Shown one piece after another: positions 1 through 7,593 of a stretch of 64,000 bases of DNA. Numbering within the stretch: the stretch's first letter is position 1; the number at the start of each line of letters is the position of its first letter. The notes under the pieces were generated by a model. The model did no database searches. It had not been told where the DNA came from and saw nothing but the letters and a program-made list of their open reading frames with translations. Source of the DNA: a virus; the IMG/VR virus record IMGVR_UViG_3300042861_001913; one strand, written 5' to 3'. Both the position numbers and the translations under genes were made by a program.

Positions 1-428
1 GTTATCAAGCTCAAGGTCAACAACAGAATTGGGGTATGCCTCCTAATGATCCTAACGCTCGTTATGCTAGTGGATTACCTATTGCAGCATTTAGTATGGC
101 TGAGATGGAAGCAGTTAATCGTGCTGAATTTGGGTTGATTGATGGTGCTAAGAATTTAGGTAAACGTGTTATTAATCGCGTTAGTAAAGATGCAGGTGAT
201 GTTAAACAATCATTTGTTAATAAAGTTGCACAACAGAAGCAAGTTAGAGCGGGAAGATTACGTAAATACGGATCTGCAACGTATCAAGCTGGTAAAACTG
301 CATTGAAGACTAAAACTGGTAAAGGTTTAGCTATCGGTACTGGTGCATTAGTTGGAACTGGTGCATTAGTTGGAGCATACCGTGGATTAAGTGGTAAGAA
401 ACAAACTGTAATAAATAACTATAACTAA
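1..428 (+). CDS. small Gly-zipper virion-associated family protein; 5' end probably outside the window
   Basis: The frame is open from nt 3, upstream of the ATG at 36. It has a PIAAFSMAEMEAVNRAEFG motif shared with the next ORF, and a C-terminal GxxxG-rich hydrophobic segment with a basic tail. Confidence 0.5.
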   Translation, partial: YQAQGQQQNWGMPPNDPNARYASGLPIAAFSMAEMEAVNRAEFGLIDGAKNLGKRVINRVSKDAGDVKQSFVNKVAQQKQVRAGRLRKYGSATYQAGKTALKTKTGKGLAIGTGALVGTGALVGAYRGLSGKKQTVINNYN

Positions 429-433
429 CGTCT

Positions 434-1069
434 ATGAATTATACAAATCGTCCTATTGCTGCCTATACGATGGCAGAATTTGAATCATTAACTAGTGACA
501 ATGCTGATTTCGCTAGAGGTAAAGATAAGAAGAAACGTAAATCTCGTGCTGGTTTATATGCAGGACTTGGTGCTGGTGCAGGATTAGCGGGAATTGGTAC
601 TAGATATGCTGGTGCTGAAATTAGTTCTCGTATGGGAAGTAAATACTTAGATAGACCTCAAGATAAAATGACAGCACAAGGTTATTTAAAAGCTCGGAAA
701 GCTGCAGAATCTGGTGGTGGTGGAGAATTATTTAATCGTGATATTAAAGCTGTTAAAGATTTAGGTGGGCGAGTTAAGAACTACGATTATAAAGGCGCAC
801 CAGGACGAGCATTTGATAGTGTTAAAGCAGGTGGTAATCGAGCTAAATCAGCATTTGAAACTATTGTAGGTAATGCTCAATCTTATGGTGCTGCTGAACG
901 TGGTTCTGCTACAGGTATGAAAGGATTTGGTAAAGCTGCTATTGGTGGACTTAAAGGTATAAGTGCTACTCGTGCTGGTAAGATTGGACTTGGTTTAGCT
1001 GCTGCTGGTACTGCTGCTGGTGCTGGTTATGGTATTTACAAAGCAATGAAGAAAGGTAAGAAAAAATAA
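434..1069 (+). CDS. leader-family protein (ADFARGKDKKKRK leader plus Gly/Ala-rich hydrophobic segments)
   Basis: N-terminus is PIAAYTMAEFE..NADFARGKDKKKRK followed by GLYAGLGAGAGLAGIG. C-terminus is AAAGTAAGAGYGIYKAMKKGKKK. Paralog of 1069, 6514, 7240, 7587, 12549 and 22062. Confidence 0.6.
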   Translation: MNYTNRPIAAYTMAEFESLTSDNADFARGKDKKKRKSRAGLYAGLGAGAGLAGIGTRYAGAEISSRMGSKYLDRPQDKMTAQGYLKARKAAESGGGGELFNRDIKAVKDLGGRVKNYDYKGAPGRAFDSVKAGGNRAKSAFETIVGNAQSYGAAERGSATGMKGFGKAAIGGLKGISATRAGKIGLGLAAAGTAAGAGYGIYKAMKKGKKK

Positions 1070-1350
1070 TGCAGTTATTATCTGACTACCGAATAGCTGA
1101 TTTCGCTAGGACTCCTGGTAGTAAGGATAAGAAACCTCGCAAGTTTAGCTTACGTAAATTAGGTAGAGCTACATTAACTAGTGAAGCTGCTAGTGGTGCA
1201 GCTAATGGAGCGCAAATCGGTGGAGTCTTAGGTTTAATATCTAGTAACCCTAAAAATACATTTCGTAGAACATTAAGAGGTAGTGCTGCTGGATTAGCCA
1301 TTGGTACAGGACTCGGTATAAGACACGCATATAAACAACAAAACAAATAA
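1069..1350 (+). CDS. leader-family protein
   Basis: MQLLSDYRIADFARTPGSKDKKPRK leader and C-terminal GSAAGLAIGTGLGIRHAYKQQNK. Its start overlaps the preceding stop (TAATG). Confidence 0.55.
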   Translation: MQLLSDYRIADFARTPGSKDKKPRKFSLRKLGRATLTSEAASGAANGAQIGGVLGLISSNPKNTFRRTLRGSAAGLAIGTGLGIRHAYKQQNK

Positions 1351-1362
1351 CTAAGACGTATT

Positions 1363-2274
1363 ATGAACGAAGCTATTGAATATCACAATCAACTATTTGC
1401 GGATTTAGTTGAGAATCTACAAAATGCAGTTGCCGCTGGTGTGATGTTGAAGGACGAATATAAGCAACACATGACTCAAGCATATCTCGACCTACAAGAA
1501 CGCATTGCTGCTGAATTAGAAATTGATGAAGAAGATATCTATGATGTAGTTGGTGAAGCTGCTTACTCTACTGGTGATGAAGTTGCCGAATTTAGTGTAG
1601 GTAGTGAATATGGTGCAGCGTTACTTGAACTTGGCGAAGCTGCTGGTTATGATGACATTGAGGAATATCTAATTGATCTCAGTGATGCTCTAGAATGTAA
1701 TCCTGATGTATTACTTGGTATCATTGAAGGTGAAATTGCTCCTACTGATAATCTCTCATTAGCACTATCTGAAGTTCTCGGACTTAATGAAGCTACTGAA
1801 AATCAACTATTAGTTATGGGTATTGAAAGTCGTGGTGAAGACATCAATGATTACTTAGATACGAATGAAGAATTAGATGAAGAAGACCAGGAAGCTGACT
1901 ATGCTACATACCAGAACAGTGAGTTCGCCGAATTTAAACGCAACACTGAGATTAAAGAAGCTCTAGCTGATGTAGCTGAACGTGCTTACGCTCTTGTAGA
2001 AGCTGGTAAGATGACTCCATTTGCAGTTCAATCTCTACTGGGTAACTTCAGTGCTAATGAACGTATCGCGGCATTTAGTACCGTGTGTGCTGAGAACGAA
2101 GTTGATCCTGCAACTCAACTCTATGCAATGAATACTGTACTTGAAATCTTCGACCGTATGCCAGCTATGGAAATGGGATTCTTCGCTGAGGAAGTTCTTG
2201 ATGAAGAAGAATTAGATGAAGAAGCTGATTTGAGTTCTATTGCTGCTAACTACATTAAAAAATATCGTTCATAA
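1363..2274 (+). CDS. acidic protein, putative scaffolding protein
   Basis: Very D/E-rich 303-aa ORF located upstream of the capsid gene. It contains EF-type motifs (NSEFAEFKRN, DEVAEFS) that resemble the family leader. Confidence 0.45.
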   Translation: MNEAIEYHNQLFADLVENLQNAVAAGVMLKDEYKQHMTQAYLDLQERIAAELEIDEEDIYDVVGEAAYSTGDEVAEFSVGSEYGAALLELGEAAGYDDIEEYLIDLSDALECNPDVLLGIIEGEIAPTDNLSLALSEVLGLNEATENQLLVMGIESRGEDINDYLDTNEELDEEDQEADYATYQNSEFAEFKRNTEIKEALADVAERAYALVEAGKMTPFAVQSLLGNFSANERIAAFSTVCAENEVDPATQLYAMNTVLEIFDRMPAMEMGFFAEEVLDEEELDEEADLSSIAANYIKKYRS

Positions 2275-2277
2275 ACT

Positions 2278-3132
2278 ATGCCTTATTTCAATCAATCTCA
2301 AACGTTTCTAGTTGATCCTGCCATTCTCGCATTCAGTGATGGTAATCATCCTAATGTGTCGGCAACTGTGCAGAATACTTACATTAGTCTTAATACTGAA
2401 GCTCGCAAACAAGTTCCTGCTGGACTATTTGTTGCTCAAGTAGGTAACGTACTGCGCTTCCTACCTCGTACTAAGTTAACTGCTGTAACTGCTACTGGTG
2501 CTGCAACTGTAACTGCATCTCCAACTAATATCTTTGTTGCTGGTGATGTATTAACTGTAGTTGAACCATATTCTACGCTAACTATCACTACTGTAACTGC
2601 TGCTCAAACTGTAACTGTTACTGTAGAAGGTTTAACTGCAACTGCAACTGCAACAACTAACAATACTACAACTACTGCTAGTGAAGTTGCTACTGCTATT
2701 AATGCTACTGCTGGATTATCTGATTTAGTTCGTGCAGCATCTATTACTAACAAGGTATTTATCTTTGCAGTTGATGGACTTACTAACCGCGCCATTACAA
2801 CTGCTGGTACTGTAACTAGTGCTGCATTATCTAGTGCAACTCTAGTTCCTAATGCAACTGCTGTTGGTACTATTGCATTTATTGATTACACAACTGGTGT
2901 TATTACATTAACTGGTAACGCAAGTGTAGCTCTACCTATTGGTACTAATATCGGTGTTAGAGTTAATGCAATTGTAGGACTTCATGTTCATGCAGTTGAT
3001 TATACTGTTGCAACAGCTAAGGATCTAGCTCTCTATACTATTGCTAATGGTGTTCGTATCCAGTATCTACCATACTTCGATGGTGATATTGCTAGACGAT
3101 TCCCTGGCATCAATTTCGCTTACAAATTCTAA
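2278..3132 (+). CDS. Thr/Val/Ala-rich head structural protein (decoration or capsid-associated)
   Basis: Lies between the scaffold-like and capsid genes. Has low-complexity TVTAT repeats. No recognisable enzymatic motif. Confidence 0.35.
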   Translation: MPYFNQSQTFLVDPAILAFSDGNHPNVSATVQNTYISLNTEARKQVPAGLFVAQVGNVLRFLPRTKLTAVTATGAATVTASPTNIFVAGDVLTVVEPYSTLTITTVTAAQTVTVTVEGLTATATATTNNTTTTASEVATAINATAGLSDLVRAASITNKVFIFAVDGLTNRAITTAGTVTSAALSSATLVPNATAVGTIAFIDYTTGVITLTGNASVALPIGTNIGVRVNAIVGLHVHAVDYTVATAKDLALYTIANGVRIQYLPYFDGDIARRFPGINFAYKF

Positions 3133-3142
3133 CTAACCGGGC

Positions 3143-3168
3143 GTTAATGACGTATGTTAATGATGTAT
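3143..3168 (+). repeat. 13-nt tandem repeat GTTAATGAYGTAT x2 inside a GC-clamped stem (GGGCG..CGCCC) upstream of the capsid gene
   Basis: Read directly: gttaatgacgtat gttaatgatgtat gtta. It is flanked by ccgggcg and cgcgccc. Confidence 0.6.
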
Positions 3169-4357
3169 GTTATCGCGCCCACTATCCTACTTTTTTCTTA
3201 CTATGGGTTCAGTTTCTAATTTTCTTACCGATAAGTTGCAAGCTAAAGTTGCCGAAACTCTAGTAGACGATACTATTGCTCGTCTGCGTCAGAGAACTAA
3301 ACTTATTGATCAATTCATGCCTATTAAGACGTATGAGGACGATGAGTTCCTAGCATACGTAAGTGAACGTCTCACACCAGTTGCGAACTTTATTGCTCCT
3401 GGTGCTGAACCTCCAGTTATCTCTCATGGTGGTTTCCGTCGAGTAATCGGTCAACTAGCTAAGTTAGGTAATAGCTATTCATTCGATGAAGTAACTCAGA
3501 AACAGATGCGTAAGGCAATGGAAGAAGCTGCCTATAAACGCGCTAGTGTTATGACCATGAAGTTAACTGATAACTCCGTCATTAAGGGTACTAACGATAT
3601 GCTCGTTAAGTATCTCTATGGTCACATTGAGGGGATCGTCCAATCTCATGCTGATAGACTTACTAGCATGGCTTGGCAAGTTGTTCAGACTGGTCAATTG
3701 AGTGTATCTGATGCAATTACTAAGGTTGCATGGACAATTGATTTCCGTCGTCCTGGTGCTAGTTATAACCACTTCCCTGATGCTCTTGTTGCTACTGGTA
3801 ACACTGCATCTCCTAAGTTGAACAAGTGGACTGACTACGCTAATGCTGATGGTATCGCTAACTTAGAAGATGCTGTAACTACTTATGTCAATACTAATGG
3901 TTACAAGCCTGATCTCATCGTAATGAGTAATACTGCATTGCGTGATCTTCAGAAACAAGCATCTACTATTGCTCGTGCTAGACAATCAGTTGGATTTGCA
4001 CAAGTAGGTTCTGTTAGCTTCCCAATGTTACAAGAGGTAATGGCTTCTAATAACCTACCTCCTATTAAGGATTATGATGAGTTCTATCAAGTAGATAATA
4101 CCTACTCTGGTAATACTAATACTATTGATAGCTACATCAGTAATGCTCGATTCCTTAATGAGAATTGCTTCGTATTCCTCAAGGATGGAATGGGTGAGCA
4201 AGCTATTGGTACTCCTGAAGAACAGAAAGTTGTTAAAGATGGTGTATTAACAGGTACTGAATCTCCTGTAATGGTACGTGTTTATGAGAAGACAACTGTG
4301 CCTATCAACGATGTTTTGCAAGCGATTGAAACTTTTTGTAGTCGCCTATTTAAGTAA
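3167..4357 (+). CDS. major capsid protein, HK97 fold, lambda gpE-like; probably exon 1 of an intron-interrupted gene
   Basis: Layout resembles lambda gpE (W.D....D.I, KPDLIVMS, C-terminal VP..D...). The likely true start is the ATG near 3203, because the 3167 ATG lies inside the upstream tandem repeat. The ORF stops 1-2 codons into group I intron-like sequence. Confidence 0.6.
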   Translation: MLSRPLSYFFLTMGSVSNFLTDKLQAKVAETLVDDTIARLRQRTKLIDQFMPIKTYEDDEFLAYVSERLTPVANFIAPGAEPPVISHGGFRRVIGQLAKLGNSYSFDEVTQKQMRKAMEEAAYKRASVMTMKLTDNSVIKGTNDMLVKYLYGHIEGIVQSHADRLTSMAWQVVQTGQLSVSDAITKVAWTIDFRRPGASYNHFPDALVATGNTASPKLNKWTDYANADGIANLEDAVTTYVNTNGYKPDLIVMSNTALRDLQKQASTIARARQSVGFAQVGSVSFPMLQEVMASNNLPPIKDYDEFYQVDNTYSGNTNTIDSYISNARFLNENCFVFLKDGMGEQAIGTPEEQKVVKDGVLTGTESPVMVRVYEKTTVPINDVLQAIETFCSRLFK

Positions 4358-4673
4358 TTAAGTAGTAAAAATTCGGTGAATTGCTGGAAACTCCAGAAGT
4401 GGACAATCAGCAGCCAAGCTTAACCAGGAATGGTTTTGAAGGTTCAACGACTAGGTTTCGAGTCCAGACCGGACAGTAACAAACCCACGAGTGCCGAACA
4501 TCCCAAGTGGATGATGATATAGTCTGAACAGTAGATATAACACATGAAACTACTGATACGTAGGATAAAGAGCTTACGTGGTAACAAAATGATCAATGGT
4601 TTTACCAGTAATTTATTCTCCCAAGAATCTGTATGCTCAAGTAGTTAGATAATAATTCCCTATTTCTAACTAG
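4352..4673 (+). mobile_element. group I intron (IA2-like, apparently ORF-less); boundaries tentative
   Basis: Conserved J8/7-P7 word GATATAGTC (4516-4524) pairs as P7 with GACTA in CAACGACTAG (4445-4454), as in the T4 td intron. P2-like hairpin CTGGAaacTCCAG (4384-4396). Several P9-type hairpins are present. Candidate IGS is GAATTG, with a P10 pairing TCGGT/ACCGA and a G at 4673. Confidence 0.6.
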
Positions 4674-4688
4674 ACCGAGTTTAAGTTG

Positions 4689-4697
4689 TGGTATAAT
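4689..4697 (+). promoter_or_regulatory. extended -10 promoter element TGgTATAAT for the homing endonuclease gene
   Basis: TGGTATAAT lies 27 nt upstream of the ATG at 4724. Confidence 0.4.
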
Positions 4698-4723
4698 GAT
4701 CTTATGACGTAAATGAGATTATT

Positions 4724-6025
4724 ATGCCACAATTTATTTATTTGGTGACAAACTCAATTAATGATAAAAAATATGTTGGACAAACAAATAGGACAATTGA
4801 AAAGCGTTGGTCAGAACATATTAGAGCCGGTAATTATGTTGGAACTAAAAGTTTATTATCAAAAGCAATTAAGAAATATGGTGTAGATAAATTTAAAATT
4901 GAAATTATTAAAACTTTAGAAACAACAGATCAGTCAGAAATTGATAAAACTGAAGTTTATTTTATTAAAGAATATAATGCTTTAACACCTAACGGTTATA
5001 ACGTATTAAATGGTGGTAAAGGTTGTTTTCTAACACCTGAAGGTAAAGAGTATTTAAAAAGAACGATGACGAGTCGTTGGCAGAATAAAAGTTATCGAGC
5101 TTCTATGTTAGGTAGCACTTTAATTTCTGCTAGATTAAAAAACAATACCTCTGAAGCTAAATTAAAACGAGGTAATAGTTTAGTTAGAAATCGTCGTTAC
5201 TTAATAACTACACCAGATGGAATTGAGTATTGTACTTACGGTGTAACTCACTTACAACAACTAGATTTAGATGTAAGTAGTTTAATTAAAGTTGCTCGTA
5301 ATAAGATGACTAATCATAAAGGTTATAAAGTTAAATCACTTAATGATGATTATGTAACTGTAGATAAAACATATTTAGATTACGTTAACAAATACGAATG
5401 TATTAGTTTAAATAAAGATAACTACAGTTTTTGTTCTTATGGTATTGATGCTATTAAAGAACAACTTAAATTAGATATATGTCAGAAGACAATATCACAT
5501 CACATTAATAACGCTAATTTAATTAACGGTTATCAAGTTAGAGATATTAATGCAGAACCAATTATTAAACAATATCTACCAGATGCTGAACGCTTCATAT
5601 TGACAACACCTGAAGGTGTTAGTTTCTGTCGTTACGGTATGGAAGATTTAACTGAAGAAACTGGATTAAATGCTAAAGCGGTGTACCCATTAATGAATCC
5701 AAATAGTCCTCGTTATGGTCGCAAAATTAACGGTTGGAGTTGTGTTAGAGCTAATGAATCAGAGGAAACAAGAGATAAGTTATTAGCTGATAAAGCTGCT
5801 AAGTTAGCTGAAGATAAGTTAATCAATGATGCTAAAAAGAGTTGGCAACAAGTAGTTAATAAACGTTACCTATTAACTAACTTAATAACTAATGAACAGT
5901 TATGTTGTTATGGATTAGTTCATCTCCGAGAATCACATGGTCTAGATGGTAGTTGTTTAATTAAAGTAATTAAGGGTAAAATTAAACATCACAAAAACTG
6001 GACGTGCATTAAGATAGAAAACTGA
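4724..6025 (+). CDS. GIY-YIG homing endonuclease with four C-terminal repeat modules
   Basis: N-terminus is FIYLVTNSINDKKYVGQT..R...H......YNVLNGG (GIY-YIG). The C-terminal half has four repeats of about 50 aa of the form Y(L/I)LTTP.G...C.YG.....L......L. Confidence 0.85.
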   Translation: MPQFIYLVTNSINDKKYVGQTNRTIEKRWSEHIRAGNYVGTKSLLSKAIKKYGVDKFKIEIIKTLETTDQSEIDKTEVYFIKEYNALTPNGYNVLNGGKGCFLTPEGKEYLKRTMTSRWQNKSYRASMLGSTLISARLKNNTSEAKLKRGNSLVRNRRYLITTPDGIEYCTYGVTHLQQLDLDVSSLIKVARNKMTNHKGYKVKSLNDDYVTVDKTYLDYVNKYECISLNKDNYSFCSYGIDAIKEQLKLDICQKTISHHINNANLINGYQVRDINAEPIIKQYLPDAERFILTTPEGVSFCRYGMEDLTEETGLNAKAVYPLMNPNSPRYGRKINGWSCVRANESEETRDKLLADKAAKLAEDKLINDAKKSWQQVVNKRYLLTNLITNEQLCCYGLVHLRESHGLDGSCLIKVIKGKIKHHKNWTCIKIEN

Positions 6026-6054
6026 CATTAACAGCGAAGCAAATAACACTTATA

Positions 6055-6084
6055 ATGATGGTAGTAATTATCATCATTTTTGTT
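6055..6084 (+). terminator. rho-independent terminator after the homing endonuclease gene
   Basis: 9-bp stem ATGATGGTA / TATCATCAT with loop gtaat, followed by TTTTGTT. Confidence 0.6.
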
Positions 6085-6512
6085 ATGGGTAGACGTATTG
6101 GTAGTAAAGATAAAGTTAAACGACGCAATCAATTTGGTTTAACTAGAAGTGATCTAATTAATGAACGTAAGAAACAAGGAACTACGCAATAGCGGGATCT
6201 GCGGTAGGTGGGACAATTGGATATGGTGTAAGTAGAAAATTAACTAAAAGATTTGATGCAAATATTAAGTTAGCTCAAAATAATTTAGATGATGCAATTG
6301 CACGTAAACCTACTTTAATGAATGACGTTAGACTTAGTGCAATGAATGATGATGTAATAAATCAATATAAGAATGCTATTAATAAAACTAGAAATGCAAC
6401 TAGATTACTTAAAGTTGCAACACCATTAGCAGGAGCAGCTATAGGAACTGGAATTACAATGGGTTACTTAGCTAATCAACGGGCAAAGAAACAACGTAAT
6501 AGGCTCAAATAA
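6085..6512 (+). pseudogene. leader-family gene split by a frameshift
   Basis: MGRRIGSKDKVKRRN.. (6085-6192) ends at a TAG. The Gly-zipper part (AIAGSAVGGTIGYG...ATPLAGAAIGTGITMGY) continues in the -1 frame from about 6171 to 6512. Confidence 0.4.
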
Positions 6513-6513
6513 C

Positions 6514-6825
6514 ATGGCACGTAAACTAGGTTCTAAAGACAAGAAGAAGCGTAAACTTAGATTAGTTAACATAGGTACAGTAGGTGGACTTGGTGCAATT
6601 GTAGGAAGTGGAGTTAATATGATTGGACTTAAATCATTAACTGAACAACGAAAACGTGAGTTAGGTGTAAGTAATTTAGACATAAGGGATAAACGACGTA
6701 AACTAACTGAACTTATTGCTAATGATTATCGTAATGATTTTAAATCAGGTAAACGTATTGTAGATGAAGCTAAGAAAGTAGCGGTACTTACATATCAAGC
6801 TAAACGAGATACGGGAGCTAAGTAA
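6514..6825 (+). CDS. leader-family protein
   Basis: MARKLGSKDKKKRK followed by VNIGTVGGLGAIVGSGVNMIG. Confidence 0.55.
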   Translation: MARKLGSKDKKKRKLRLVNIGTVGGLGAIVGSGVNMIGLKSLTEQRKRELGVSNLDIRDKRRKLTELIANDYRNDFKSGKRIVDEAKKVAVLTYQAKRDTGAK

Positions 6826-6848
6826 ACGATGATGAGTTACGTGAAGTT

Positions 6849-7079
6849 ATGGAACGTCCGAATAAGTTAATTGAGCAGTTTACTAAACAAGCTAAAGATA
6901 GAGGTAAATCGCAATCTAATGTTAGACGTACTATAACTAAACAACTTAAAAATGATGCTTATAACGCAAGTAATAAAATCATTAAATCACGTCTATTAGG
7001 AGGTGCTGCAATTGGAGCATTAGCAGCAGGTGGAAGTTATGCAGTTTATAAGAAGTTAACTAAACGTAAGAATAAATAA
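6849..7079 (+). CDS. small basic protein with C-terminal Gly-zipper
   Basis: LLGGAAIGALAAGGSYAVYKKLTKRKNK tail, like other family members. Confidence 0.45.
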   Translation: MERPNKLIEQFTKQAKDRGKSQSNVRRTITKQLKNDAYNASNKIIKSRLLGGAAIGALAAGGSYAVYKKLTKRKNK

Positions 7080-7239
7080 CTCTATTTAACTTGTTTATAT
7101 AACTTCTGCAATACTTTATCTCTACTAACATTTTTAACTTTAGATTCTCTAGTTCTAATTCTCTTTTGTAATGACTTACTTAACCTATACCATTTAGACT
7201 TAGGAATATACATGATAGATAACTTAAACAACTTTAACT

Positions 7240-7593
7240 ATGATAACTCTAATCAATGATCTGGCTAACTTCGCACGAGGTAAAGGTGATAAGGATAAAC
7301 GTAAGAGACAAGTTAAACGTGCTGGTAGATGGTGGACTCCTAATCAAGTAACTGCTGCAACTAGACCTGGTAAAAAGAATGCTGTATTAGCAAGTAAGAA
7401 AATAAATGGAGTTGTTAAATATAAACTACTTAACTTTGGTGACAGTACAATGAGTGATTGGACTAAACACAAGGATAAGAAGAGACGTTCAAATTACTTA
7501 TCTCGTAGTGGTGGTATTAGAAATAAGAGTGGTGAATTAACTAAAAACGATAAGTTCTCAGCTAATTACTGGAGTAGGAAAATTAATTGGTAA
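7240..7593 (+). CDS. leader-family protein with basic C-terminal domain
   Basis: MITLINDLANFARGKGDKDKRKRQ leader. No hydrophobic segment. W/K/R-rich C-terminus. Confidence 0.55.
   Translation: MITLINDLANFARGKGDKDKRKRQVKRAGRWWTPNQVTAATRPGKKNAVLASKKINGVVKYKLLNFGDSTMSDWTKHKDKKRRSNYLSRSGGIRNKSGELTKNDKFSANYWSRKINW

Noticed and set aside
3167-3202. The ATG at 3167 as the capsid gene start (as in the ORF track).
   Set aside because: It lies inside the 13-nt tandem repeat and GC-clamped stem. The first 12 codons (MLSRPLSYFFLT) are just the translation of the repeat and 9-mer. The ATG at about 3203 is more plausible. This is unproven, so the track coordinates were kept for the feature.
4352-6084. 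The GIY-YIG ORF being encoded inside the group I intron, with the 3' splice site after 6025.
   Set aside because: All core pairings and a run of P9-type hairpins end before 4673, where a terminal G and a P10 pairing fit. The endonuclease gene also has its own promoter-like element and a strong terminator, which would block expression of a downstream exon. This remains to be tested by RT-PCR.
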